Shown here: one piece after another, positions 47,485-59,620 of the stretch
How the letters are laid out: every line of letters begins with the position of its first letter
Numbering within the stretch: position 1 is the stretch's first letter
Origin: Plasmodiophora brassicae
Lineage: Eukaryota
Assembly: GCA_036867785.1 (NCBI GenBank)
Contig: CP145409.1
Location: forward strand, 930,001 to 994,000
Direction: 5' to 3'
DNA: 64,000 nt
Position numbers and translations under genes: made by a program
Notes under the pieces: model-generated
The model's database searches: none
The model's input: the letters and a program-made list of their open reading frames with translations, nothing else
What the model was told of the DNA's origin: nothing

Positions 47485-50361
47485 TCACGTGTGACTCATC
47501 GATGGTCCAGGGATCGAGTCAGGAATATGGGTTGTATTGCCAGCTTCCAGCACAATATTATCGTAGAACAGGCCCCGCCGCCTGGACACATTGCCCGATG
47601 GCAATATCATGAAGAAGGCGTTCCAACTGGTCGACATTGAGCGACAACAGAGGATCGTCCCAAGACCCCCCAGCACGGTTAACTGCGTCAGCCGCTGCTT
47701 TAACATTTAACCCAGGCAGCGAGACTCGGTACGCTCCAAGCAACCTTCAGAACATTGTTACTCATTTGACTAGTAGTAACGCTAACAGCTGTGCAACCGA
47801 CCTCATGATATTCTTTGGCATACCCAGTTCTCCGACGAGGTCGCTTGTGAAACGCTTTGAGCAGCTAGATAGAACCATGACATTTGCGGGCAAGTTAACA
47901 AGACTGTTGTGCAGGATCATCGTCAAACAAGCACACTCAAGAGCGAAAACAGCGTCAACAACCATGCAATGAGGACTTGGCGGAGACTGGGGGACGCCGC
48001 GTACCAGAACGTGTCCACCGTTGGGATTACGACGAGGCTTGGGTTTGTCGCCGTGGATTGCAATGACGCCATTTTAAACACGTCGACAAGAGCTGCTTCG
48101 AGAGAAAGACCCGACTTATGCAAAAGCGGTAGTTCAATGACGACTGGGACAACGCGTTGGTCTAGGCTATGCAGCACAGCAGAGACAACGTGCTGTTGGC
48201 CAGAGCCGGCTGGACCGTCTACTAGAACGCGTCCCCAGCATGATGGTGATACCTGGATCGGCTGTTACGTAAGGCGGGCAGAAATACGTGCGAGCATACC
48301 CAATTTGGTCGAAATTCTGCGCACAAAGCTCGCATGATATCTTCCACAGATTCTTGCAGATGCCCTTTCAAAAACGGCGGAAGCGCTTGCTTCATCGCCA
48401 GGGTCGCCGGAACCGATGACGCTGGGTTAACCCGAATCAGTGCGAATTCAAAGTCGCTGATGTCCACATTCACGCTATTGATTCCTTCAGGAGACTGTAG
48501 AGATTCCATTCCGACACGCCGGACCGCAGAAAGAATTGCCTTTCTCGGTAGTCAGCGTCCACAGCCTAGCTATTCGTATAACAACGTACCTCGACACACA
48601 GAGATCGCATATGCGCCCCAGAGTATCCTGTACAGCGCGGAGCAAGAGACTCGGCTGACGCGGCAGGCAGGTCTGGCAAGAACTGAAGCAGCATAGCCTG
48701 TCTAGATGCAATGTCTGGCAAACCGACGAATAGCTCGCGATCAAACCGACCAGGACGTCGCTGAACAAAGTAAGTCGTCTAGCATTTCCATACTGCGTCT
48801 CAAACGTTACCAAGGCAGGGTCAATGGAGTCAATGCGGTTCGTTGCACCAAGGACGAACACGTTGCCTAAGACATCAACCTGGACCCTGAATTAATCGTA
48901 CTGCCCATGCAGAAATGGAAGCGTCACTTGCACCGTCCATCAGGGAAAGAAGCGTGCAGACAATCGAGGAATGAACTTGGTTCTGTTTGGGAGAGCGGGC
49001 TGGGGCCAGACCGTCAAGTTCGTCGAAGAATATGACGCTGGGCGCCCGGGCCTTCGCCTAACAAGGCGTCAGTGCGCATTGGTCGTAAATGTGCAAATAC
49101 TGCACCTGAGCAAACAGCTCCCGAAGGTTGCGTTCAGATTCCCCAAAGTATTTGCTCATGATATCAGCACCCTTTCGTGAAAAGAATGTGATTCTTCTAC
49201 CGGCAACTTCGGAACAAGCGTCACACAGAGCACGAGCAAGCCTGGGACACAATTAAGAGAGATGGCTGCCTGTGCCTAATCATACTCGTACAGCGTTTTC
49301 CCGGTGCCTGGTGGTCCGTAAAGAAGCATACCGCGAGGCGGCCGGATACCCATCTTGGAAAGAAGTTCAGGGTACAACAATGGGAGCACAACTGATTCCT
49401 TTAGGGAGGCAATTGCGTCGTCAAGACCAACAACGTCCTCCCAGGCAACCTTGGGAGGAGACAAGTGCTCCTCGCGGTCGTGCGCTTGCTCATCTGCCAA
49501 CGTCTTGCGCCTTGCGATAACCATTTGGTATAGTTCAGTGGCTGATGCCGTCTGGATGCTGCCGGGATCACAGTCTGCAATATGACGCGTATGTGACAGA
49601 TGCCATTATGGTCGCGTACACAGAAAGGCGAACCTTCAAAACTCTCACGAAAGAACTCCATGGCATAACATTCGCCACACTGGACAGAAAAATCCTTATG
49701 GTTGATACGACACATGGACTCCTGCGCGCACTCTAGATGGAAGGACCTTCTGCACTTTGAGTTCAAGCAGCCAATTGATGCGCCTGGATCGGAAGGTATC
49801 GGTTAGACACCAATTGAGGCAACGTCAAGGGACGCCCTTACTGACCCGATTTCCTGCAGTAGTCACAAAACAGACATCGGCTTCGCTGAATCTCAAGTGG
49901 GACATTCAGCATACGCAGCGAGACGGGATCGACAAAGACTTGGGGTGACCAGATCGCACAAATACGATGGGCCCACTTTAGCTGTGATGAGACGATATCA
50001 CCCGTCAGCAACACGACCTCGCACTGTCCACAACGCGACACACCTGAAACTTGGTCCGATCACCCCGATCCGGCCCAACCTGGACACGGTATGGTCCGAT
50101 GAAGTCTGATCCGAAGTTCAGCAGCAGACACACTCATCACCATCATAGTTCCGTACCATTGCGATCATCGGGCAAGGCACCAGCGGCGATGGCTTCCCCC
50201 GTTTTCTTACAGAACGAGCAGAGCCGCCCACGCTCATCGTCCAGCACCTCGTCTTCCGCACGAGCGGTTTCCGTCTGGCGCCTGGCGGCGCGCTCCAGAA
50301 CAATTCGAGGTATCCGAATAAGGATGGGAAGATCATCGCAATCGTCATCTCGATCCGTCAT
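47485..50361 (-). CDS. ATAD2/Yta7-like AAA+ ATPase with N-terminal extended PHD finger
   Basis: [20 protein letters not shown], then [57 protein letters not shown]. Confidence 0.85.
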
Positions 50362-50462
50362 CGACGACGACCACGGAGTTGTATTCGGCTGCACCGACAG
50401 TCGAGACAGCACGTCGTACGTACCTAGCCAGATCCGAAATGCCGCCAATGTACTCCCACTTT

Positions 50463-51060
50463 TCAAACGTTCGACTCTGCGATTGGTGGATACACTGGTG
50501 GACTGGAAATCGAGGAGTCCTCGTAGTTGTGACCAACGGAACCGTTTGTAGTCGTTAACGTCCTGCAAAGTTCGTGTGCGGCCAAAGCAGGCACTCCCTG
50601 CGTTTGGATCAGCTCGAATCCAGGTGCCCATCGGGTGTGTACGTCGTGGCTTAGCAGCATGCAACCTCGCAATGCGTTGCCGATAGGGCACGCCTATCGG
50701 CAGCTATCACTTCTGCGACGTGGCCGGTCACGATTACGACCTACCTCCATGGGCTAAACGGTCGACTTGGACCTGAGCGTCCCGTCTTGGAGGCAGACCT
50801 CGTAGTTGCCAAAGTTCAGGCCGGCGTTGACGCATACGGTATATACTCAGCAACTGCCGTGCGGTGTGCTGCGTCCACTGGACTCGGATCCGCGAAATAG
50901 AACGTTACGCCGTTGTCGACGTCGACCAAGACCACGCAACCGGACAGCTTGCCGAACGCTAACTGGAACACGCCGTCGAACACCTCGTCGTACGACGCGC
51001 CCAACGACTGCAACGACATATGCGCCCAAACGACTGCAACGCTGTACGCACGCTATGACA
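50463..51060 (-). pseudogene. Decayed YbjN-like paralog
   Basis: LQSLGASY..FQLAFG..AVAEYI / VNAGLNFGNYEVCLQDGTLRSK / LRGCMLLSHDVHTRWAPGFELIQ parallels the gene at 56136-56728. Has a frameshift and an in-frame TAG. Confidence 0.75.
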
Positions 51061-51225
51061 GACCGGACGTAGAAGCTATATGTATTACATTCTATGCGAT
51101 CGACATTCTCCGATCGCAGTCTAGGTCGTCCAAATACAGATTTGGGGTTCGGGGTACCTACCCTTTGCCGAGAGACGACTGCACCAGGGGCATGGCCGCA
51201 TTGGGTCACACTCACACAGTGCGGA

Positions 51226-52633
51226 ATGGTGGGGACGCGTGGCGGAGTGCGCGAGCAGCGGCCAATGTACGCTGGCCTGGAGATCGAGTCGGACGACGCC
51301 GACAGCGGTACAGAGGAGCAACGCGACGAGGTCGTCAGCGACTTTCCCGACATACGCGCGGAGCTGTCGCGCCCGTTCGACAGTACCGAGTGGCAGACCA
51401 AGTTCCGCGTGCGTGGCCTGCTGAATCAGGTTCGATCATGCGCACTTGTTGAAATGCCTCCTCGTGATAATGGGTGTGCGCAACAGCGAAATAATTGTTT
51501 CCTGAACGCGTGCCTGCAAGCGCTGCTGGCTTGCAATAACTTTCGGGCATTCCTTCGCAGGCTTTCGCAGGTCATCCCATACCTGGACGTTGTGACGACT
51601 CCAGTCTGCCTCGCGTTGCATTTATTATTTCAGGAGGTATCCCTGACGTAACCTATTGTTCTCCGTTGTTTCCTGACCATTACGCATACAGTGGGGGTCG
51701 AAGGACACCGGCCTATATGACGCAGAGTTTCCAGGATTGTCGCAGAAGCAAACAGGACGGCGACGTTCCGGGAAGAAGAAGGCTGAAACTGCACAGCCTT
51801 CACTGCCCCTCTCGGCTGGCGTCGTACAGTCGCCCATCTATCCGACCTCATTCGAAGAAACCATCAACCGCTTCTCTCAGAATTGCCTTGGGCGTCATGA
51901 GGATGCTCATGAGTTCTTGAGCTTTCTTATCGACGAAGCGCACGAGGAACTTGTCAAGCTCGGCAGCGAAATGCGCTCGGGGCCTGACTCGCTAGCTGAG
52001 ACCATTTCCGAGCTGGGATTCACTGCTGTTGTCTCCTCGAAACGTGGAAGGCGTCCCGTCGTTGTCGATATGCAGGATTCCCTAATATCGCGTGTCTTTG
52101 GGGGCAAACTGCGTGTCTCGCTGTCGAAGCAACGCGAAACGCACCAAGTCGTCCCATTCTTCTCCCTTGCCCTGCCAATTGACGCCCACCGAATATCCAC
52201 CGTCAATGAAGCTCTGGCTGCTTTCTCGGCTCGTAGCTACATTCGTGGCGTTCGGCAAGGTGACCGAGAAGTGAACGCCTTCCAAATATCGCGTATCCAA
52301 CACCTTCCTCCTGTGCTAGCGTTGCAGTTGAAACGATTCGCCTACGATGCGGGTTCCGCTATCAAGATCGATCGGCACATCGGGTTTGAAGAAACTCTCC
52401 AACTGCCTGACGTATGTCTCGTTCCAGCACTGCAATCAGCACCTCGCACGTATCATCTGCGTTGCATTGTCGTGCACGTTGGGAAGGAGCATTCACATGG
52501 GCACTACACGGCGTCGGTTCGTGATGACAAAGGTGGGTGGCTTTCTATCGACGACGACCGTATCAGTCAGACCGATTGGAAGACCGTTCGCAAGCAACAA
52601 GCCTACATGCTATTATACGAACTTAAGTGCTAG
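51226..52633 (+). CDS. Ubiquitin-specific protease (C19, USP10/Ubp3-like)
   Basis: RGLLNQ/RNNCFLNACLQAL, HEDAHEFL, LQLKRF, HVGKEHSHGHY, IDDDRI, AYMLLY. Confidence 0.9.
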
Positions 52634-52718
52634 AACCTATTATGGACTCCTATAAAGTTCCATTAAAACTCACCTAGACCCTGGGGTTTTATTTAAAACC
52701 GACCAGGTACTATGATAG

Positions 52719-54183
52719 TCAGACGTCGCTGCAAGAGATCACTTTGCGCTGCCTCGCTTGCTGGGCGCGGCGTTGTGCCCAGTACAATGGAAATCCAAGT
52801 AAACTGACCATAACCGCAAGCTGCATGGTGTTCCAGGCCTGCATCCGTCGGCCAAAGGCATCGAAGAGCACGCCGTGTGCAGAGAACACGGCCGACGCAA
52901 TCAGAAACAGGATGCCACCAATCGTCCCGAAGAACTTAAAGCCGAAATCGAACCCGATGACAAAGAAGAATAACGAGAACGAGCAGTTTCGCGCAACAGT
53001 ATACAACGCGAAAGCGGCAGGTAGAAGTGCCGGGTTCAAAGGCGACATCAGAATTAAGCCACTGAAGGCAATGCACAACACCTGGGACACGGTAGCAGCG
53101 ACCACAACACCATAACGGTCGGCAATCATCCCGAATATTGGATTGGCAAACCTGCAATGTTCATAAAAGAATCAGCTAACTTTAAGCACGGTGATCATTG
53201 CTGTTCTTACAGTCCAAGAGAGAGGATCAACTGGCCAACATCCAGTGCACGGTCGACAGAGGACACGTCTTGCATAGGCCCGAGAGCGTACATTACTTGT
53301 TCTTTCATAATCACTGGGTAGGAATTCAGGAAGAAAACAAGAACGGGAAGAAACACGCATAAGGCAGCGAAACTTGACGTGTAGAGCTGAGATAACAACG
53401 TGCCACGGCCAGAAAACGCTTTTGTTCCAGAGCCAATCCTGAAGCGCATGGCGGTGCTTTCACTCTTCACGCTCCCCTGGGCACCAGGTTGATTAAGGGA
53501 CACCGCCGGCCACACCAAGAGAGAGCTCATAGCGAGAATGACCAGGAACGCACCGAACACACCGGCAACTGCCGAAAGCGGGACCCCAGTGCCTATAACA
53601 TGCTTAAACACCAAGAAGACCAGGAAGGATACCTGGAAAGCAGCGCATTGCAGGGACACGATAAGAGCACTGTGCCCAGGAAATAGGGCACTGAGATGAA
53701 TTACAGAGACTTGGGCGCCAGGTCCTCCTAAACCGATCAGGACAACAGCTGGATATACACAGAGAGTAGCAGACGTCGACAGCGACAAGAAAAACATGCC
53801 CAGCGCAGCTGTAAGCAGCGACATGAAAGACGTTAACCTTGGACCTAAGCACAGCGGACCGTCATTATTCGTTCCGCAAAGTCAAATGATTTAGGAGTGC
53901 TCACCGAATCGGTCCAGTGCGATACCCATGACGAATTGAGACAGAGTGCCTGCAGTGACACCAACGGTTCCCAGACCGACCAGGTCCATAGATGAAAACT
54001 CGGCCATGTCCTGAAGGATCGCACGCAACGACGCAATCCCGAACATCTAAACTCGCCCGATGACTCAGAGTCCATGGCAACCGAGTACGTCTTAAATCCT
54101 ACCGCACCACCGGATGCGGCGATCTGCACCCATGACAAGGCGACCAGCGGGACACGCCACTTGCACATGTTCTTCACCGCCAT
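52719..54183 (-). CDS. MFS transporter (SLC43/LAT3-like)
   Basis: TM exons: LIGLGGPG..HLSALFPGHSALIVSL..AFQVS, GMIADRYG, FGFKFFGTIGG. Confidence 0.75.
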
Positions 54184-54368
54184 CGAGGCGATTGGTGTGG
54201 ACGACAACTCGACGCGGGGCGCGTCGCGGCATTGCGCAGTTTCGTGTCGTCAGCTAAACATAGAACCGCACCCAACCAACCCCGCGGCGGCGGCAATGGC
54301 CCGCGGGCATCAACTGCGCAGTCTGCAGTCTCTGCAGTGCGGTAGCGTTCGCGACGTGGCACCCGGTC

Positions 54369-55492
54369 ATGTCGCCGCTGCAGGCTGAGCAGCAGCGCTC
54401 GAAGAAACGCCTACGGCATCGCAGCAGCAGCAGCGACATGGAGCACGAGTACTTCGGCATGTACTCCAACATTGACATCCATGAGGTATGCTGCAGTCCG
54501 AGCGACCTGCCGGGCGCTCGATGACACGTTGTTAGGAAATGCTGCTCGACACGAGCCGGACGGAGGCGTACCGGAATGCGATTCTGTCCAGGAAGGACCT
54601 GTTTGATGGGGCGACGGTGCTTGATGTCGGTTGTGGTATGACCTGTATTCTGACGTTATTCGCGTTGGAGGCGGGCGCCGCCCACGTCTACAGTGTGGAC
54701 GCGGCCGACGTAATGGATACGTGCGCTGCTGTTCTGCAAGCGAACAACGTGTCCGGTCGTGTGACCTTGATTCACTCCAGGATCGAGGACATTGAAGAGC
54801 TTGCGGATGGTGTCCCCAAGGTCGACATCATCGTATCGGAGTGGATGGGCTATGCCCTCCTGTTCGAATCCATGGTCGAGTCGGTCCTGCTGGCGCGTGA
54901 TCGTTTCCTCCGTCCCGGTGGGCACATGTTCCCCTGCTCAGCACGTATCTTTATGGCACCTTTCACGAACGACGACTTCCTTGATAAGAACGTCCGTGTC
55001 TGGCAGGAGCCGATGTACGGCCAGGACCTGTCGGCGTTAACGAGCCACGCCCTGCAACGGCACATCGCCATGCCGCAAATTGTCAACATGTCTGATGAGA
55101 ACATCATCGGGGGCGCGTGCGTGATCAGGACAATCGATCTCGGCACCGAGCCAGCGAACCCGGAGACGCTTATGCACCTCTCCGCCGACCTGCGAATGCC
55201 CTGCATCGCTCATGCCAGCCTGCATGGCGTTTGCGCCTGGTTCGACGTGACGTTTCCAGGCGGGATCGTCCTCAGCACGTCGCCATCGGCGGAGCCGACC
55301 CACTGGGCGCAGACGGCGTTCTTCTTCGACGCCAACGGCGTTGATGTCGACCAGGACGATGTGCTGACCGGCAAGGTCGACGTGCAACCCGCGCCTGACT
55401 CGCACCGCCTGCTCCGGTTCGATTTCGCCGTCCGCCTCATGAGGAACAAGGCGCCGTCATTGGCCATAGACAAAACATACATCCTTTGCTGA
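54369..55492 (+). CDS. Protein arginine N-methyltransferase (type I-like)
   Basis: YFGMYSNIDIHE/EMLLD..RTEAY, VLDVGCG, VDIIVSEWMGYALLFE, LSTSP..PTHWAQ. Confidence 0.92.
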
Positions 55493-55557
55493 TGATCCGT
55501 CCTTAATCGCGTTGTGGGTAGTACAGTGTCAGCGATCCCTATGCTGGGCAGTGCTCG

Positions 55558-56102
55558 ATGGGATGCTGCCACAGCGCCGCTGCCGTCCAGCCAGTAAACG
55601 GGGCCGTCGAGATCGACAACCTCGCCGAGATTCCGGATGATGCTGCCGACACCAACAGCACCGTGTCCGGGTCGGAAGAGGATGCACGCCTGACCGGGCC
55701 GCCCGATATCGAACCCGGCGACGCTGTCACTCCAGTCGAGATTGCACCGGAGAACAACGACATCAAAGGTCGGCCGCCCATCGTCTGCCTAGGCCGCCCC
55801 ACTGATCGCATGGACTGCAGACCTGTTCGAGAGGTACAAGGTGGCACCCGTCCAACCAGCGTCAGCGGTTGTGCAACCGAGTGAAAGGGCCTGGAGGACA
55901 ACACTGGACGACGACGCCGGCATCGAGAGCGACGACAACGACAATGGGTCTTCGCCGGTACGCTTCGTGCGATTCAGTTCGCCAATCGGCTAACCCGTCG
56001 CGCGCCTCCAGATCGGGTTCCTGCACTTGTCGACAGCGTTAGTGGAGCAGCAACAGCAGCAGCAGGTGTCCGGCGAGGACGCCGTATCGACACCCTCTTA
56101 AT
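55558..56102 (+). CDS. Small acidic protein with MGCC N-terminal acylation motif
   Basis: MGCCHSAAAVQP start and acidic low-complexity body. The 3' exons are uncertain. Confidence 0.5.
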
Positions 56103-56135
56103 AAGCGACCCGTCGCGGTTTAGTGTACGAGCGGA

Positions 56136-56728
56136 TCAGTAGGCGCGGTCCATGCCGCGAATCACGTCACGAAGCGCCTGCAATTCGGCGACGTTGGGCT
56201 GGGAGCTGATCGTTGCCCCCGTCGTCAACGGCAGCATCGCCGTCTTGCACGTGCGGTAGGCGTCGTCGGGCGACGTGCCCTGTTGCACCAACGCGAACCC
56301 GGGCACCCAACGCGGGTACACGTCTTGTGCCAGCGTTAGGCACGATTTCAATGGAGCGGCGATGTCGCTGGCCTGTTCGAACCGCATCACAACGATGTAC
56401 ATTGCACGCGAGCAGGAGTGACCTGAGCCGCCTGAACCGACATCTTGAATCGGATCTGGCCGTCAGCGAAGTTGAACTCGAAGTTGCCAAAGTTTAGGGC
56501 GAAGTTCACCCGGATGATGTACTCAGCCATGGCCTTCCGATGCGAGACGTCGACCTTATTCTGGTGGACGACGTAGAAGACGACGCCCTGATCCCGTACC
56601 CGGATCAGGCAGGACGGCAGGCCACCCAGTGCGAACCGGAACAGCGACTCGTTCGGCTCGGTGTACGACACACCAAGCGACTGCAGGACTGCACGAACGC
56701 TGTCCTGCTTCAGGCGCTCGTGCGACAT
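56136..56728 (-). CDS. YbjN-domain (CesT/T3SS-chaperone fold) protein, copy 2
   Basis: HRKAMAEYIIRVNFALNFGNFEFNFADGQIRFK, intron ~56373-56422, then exon ..VYPRWVPGFALVQQGTSPDDA. Confidence 0.75.
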
Positions 56729-56798
56729 CGTTCACCGACTGTCGTCACACCCAGGGAGAGGCCACTCCCTCTACCGGTACCTGCCTGCATTGAATGTA

Positions 56799-57215
56799 TT
56801 AGGCGAGGGCACGAAGCTTCGGCACGACGTCTTGGAACGATTCCAGGCACGCCTTCATGTGGTGTGTGAAGATCGGCTTGATGTCGGCCATGTCGTAGTA
56901 GAACGCGGACGCCTTGAAGCGGATCTCGCCGTCGCTGAAGTCGAGCTCGAAGTTGCCGGTGGACAGGGCCCAATTGTTTCGGACGAGCATCTCGGCGACG
57001 GGCAGACGCGCCATCTCGGGCAGCAGAAACAGGGCCACGTTCCGGATCAGCAACAGGCACCGGTCGGTCCACTCGATGACGACCTTCTGCTCTATGGCCA
57101 GGTTCGTGATCACGAACGTGATCCGGTCCGACGTGATGACGCCCGTCGAATAGTCCAACTTGAGATCGTCCAGCACCGACAGGATCTGCGACCGGTAGTC
57201 GACGCCGGTTGTCAT
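56799..57215 (-). CDS. YbjN-domain protein, copy 1 (138 aa, intronless)
   Basis: RLPVAEMLVRNNWALSTGNFELDFSDGEIRFKAS matches the YbjN pattern R..V.E.L.R.N....GNFE.D..DGE.R. Confidence 0.8.
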   Translation of the reverse strand: MTTGVDYRSQILSVLDDLKLDYSTGVITSDRITFVITNLAIEQKVVIEWTDRCLLLIRNVALFLLPEMARLPVAEMLVRNNWALSTGNFELDFSDGEIRFKASAFYYDMADIKPIFTHHMKACLESFQDVVPKLRALA

Positions 57216-57324
57216 GCCAGACCTGCCACTTCGCCAACAACGAACAGAAGCGCAGCTGTTGCCAACCAGTCACTGATCCCACGGTCGCGAGGCCTCTTTC
57301 TCGTCGGTCGTGCTGCGACGAACG

Positions 57325-58296
57325 ATGAGCAGCAGCTGCGACCCTTGGGGCACCAACCATGGCATCTTGGCGTTGTCGTCGAGCAGCGACAACGAGGGTG
57401 CCACCGTACGGCCCCGGCGTCGCAAGACGTTACGCCCATCGAGGAAGTCGTCGTCCTCGTCGCGGTTCGAGCCGGTGCCACCTGCCGGCAGCGCCGAAGG
57501 TCGCCGGCCAACGGTGATCAGCCGGGACCCCAGCCTGCGAAGCCTGCAGGCCGCCCTGCACCTTAGCGAACGCGAGCGCCTGAGCCAGATGGATCGCATC
57601 GAGCGGTTCCAGACAGCGCTGGTAGCGCTCCAGGAGCAATCGCTGGACTTCGTAAGTCTAGCAACGGTCGCCTTGCTGACAGGGTCGTGATGCTTGTTCC
57701 CGCAGATGGAGAGGACCCTGGACCGGATCGAAGACCTGCAGCGGGATCGCGCCGACCTCTGCGCATTGCTTGCCCGGTACGAGAGCGAACAGAACGACCT
57801 GGTGCACCGGCTCCAGGACGGGACCCGGCAGTGGTACGATCGCGATCAGGAGGGCGCCGTTCAGGCGCCCGCCCTTATCCTGCATCGGCATCATCGGCGG
57901 GCGACCATGATCATCGACCCGAAACGGATGTCGTACCGGGAGTTGAGACGGATACGCGACGATTTATGCAACGCGTTCTCGGTCGGCCTGCAATGGCGAC
58001 AACCCGACCGCGACGAACGCCAACGGTTCCGGGCCGCCATCGCTGAGGGCCTGCGGCACCGTCGTCGAGAACGTCGACCATCATCAGCGCCGGTGGAGCA
58101 ACGCCAACCCGATTCGAGGATGGCGGCGCTGGATGAGCGGTGCATGGATGCGTTACGGCTGCCGGTATGCGCACCGGGTCGGGTGCGGTCCGCACCGGAT
58201 GGCCACGTACGCGACCACGTTGGCGAGTCCCTGCTCCATAAGATGCAGATGATACATGTCGGGTCGATGACGAGGACGTTCCAGAGGCGGTCGTAG
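57325..58296 (+). CDS. Hypothetical coiled-coil protein
   Basis: Two coding exons joined by a gtaagt...cag intron (~57652-57705). Confidence 0.55.
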
Positions 58297-58310
58297 AGCA
58301 TAACTTATGT

Positions 58311-59171
58311 TTATACATCGGGTATATCGGGTGCAGTGATGATTGGTTTGAGCTCATTGGTTCGGGACGACACCTTGGGGGTTGCACGCGACCAGTGAAG
58401 GTAGAGCATGTCGAGCAACAGGACGCCACAGCTGGAGGCCAGCAGAGGGACGAGCTCGCGGTGCAGGCCATGCTTTTCGATCATGAGTGTGTGCTGGACG
58501 ACGAGGGCGGCGTTGGAGAAGCATGTGACGACGATCATGCGCACCGGGCCTTCAGCGCCGTCGTCGACGACGATCCCAGACGCTTTCGTGCTGTACGCGT
58601 GCATGACGTTCGGTATACGTGATGCGATCAGCAGAACGCAGGCAATGACGAGGATGATGGTGCCCAACATGACGCGTCCGCTGGGAATGACCACGACGTC
58701 ATGGGGAGTTGCAACTCCAAGAAGTGACCGGGATGATCCGCTGAGGAAATCAGCAGTGCGGTGGAACGTTCCAGACGTGAGTGGCAATGTGGAAACCAGG
58801 GTGACCGCGGCTAGTTGGATCGCTGAACGAGTCTGCTTCCGTGATATCGGCGAGTAGACGTGCGATGCAGTCCGACGGCGCCCATAGAGAACGTATTGAG
58901 CAAACAAGATGATGCTCTTGATGCAGAGCGTCAAGCAGATAACGCGATGCGTCAGCGGAGCATTGACGAGAACGGCGCCGATGAACAGCATGGCGTCGGC
59001 CAGCGACCACAGCATCAGGAAGGCTCCGTTCAGCGACGTCGACTTGGACCGCCAGTTGGACACGATGGGCGGGACAGCAGCGTAGATGGCCAGGGCGAAA
59101 CTTGCCCAACCGAGCCCGGATATGACGACCTCACCCGGCCCTTCCGTCCCATACGTATGTGCTCTCTCCAT
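58311..59171 (-). CDS. PQ-loop family 7TM transporter (Ypq/PQLC2-like), divergent
   Basis: LGWASFAL..AAVPPIVSNWRSKS..LNGAFLMLWSLAD..IGAVL, second repeat SRIPNV, ..LLDMLYL. Confidence 0.75.
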   Translation of the reverse strand: MERAHTYGTEGPGEVVISGLGWASFALAIYAAVPPIVSNWRSKSTSLNGAFLMLWSLADAMLFIGAVLVNAPLTHRVICLTLCIKSIILFAQYVLYGRRRTASHVYSPISRKQTRSAIQLAAVTLVSTLPLTSGTFHRTADFLSGSSRSLLGVATPHDVVVIPSGRVMLGTIILVIACVLLIASRIPNVMHAYSTKASGIVVDDGAEGPVRMIVVTCFSNAALVVQHTLMIEKHGLHRELVPLLASSCGVLLLDMLYLHWSRATPKVSSRTNELKPIITAPDIPDV

Positions 59172-59620
59172 GCCGTCTGTCGTGCACAGCAACGAGACAG
59201 CAATGGGCTAACGCGTGCGGCGCGTAGCCTGTGTGACCAGCGCGCAATTGTCCCTTGCGACTATAAATAGATGGACTTCAAGGCTCCCGCCAACCGACTG
59301 CCAGCAACGACGTTCGATCCCGCGTCGTCTTCGACCGATTCAGTTCCCGCACCATCGATGCCTTCGCTTGCAACCCGTTTGTACCTGAAGTGCGAGCTGA
59401 CGACCGGCTCCCCGGGAAGCACGCCACGTCTCCAGCACCTGCGCAACGTTCTCTCACACCACGCTGCCCATCCTGACCCCGCGTTAAACGTTCTAGAAAG
59501 AATCGCGTGGCGGCTGCGTGCCGAAAGAGTCGGCAGTCGGCAATCGGGGGGCGCCACACGGGCCGACTGTTGCACGGGGGACTGTTACCAGCGACGGCGG
59601 AGAGTTGCGGACTGCGCGAC

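Noticed and set aside
56729-56798. Splice fusion of the two YbjN genes
   Set aside because: An in-frame TGA lies just before the second ATG, and no acceptor was found that bypasses it.
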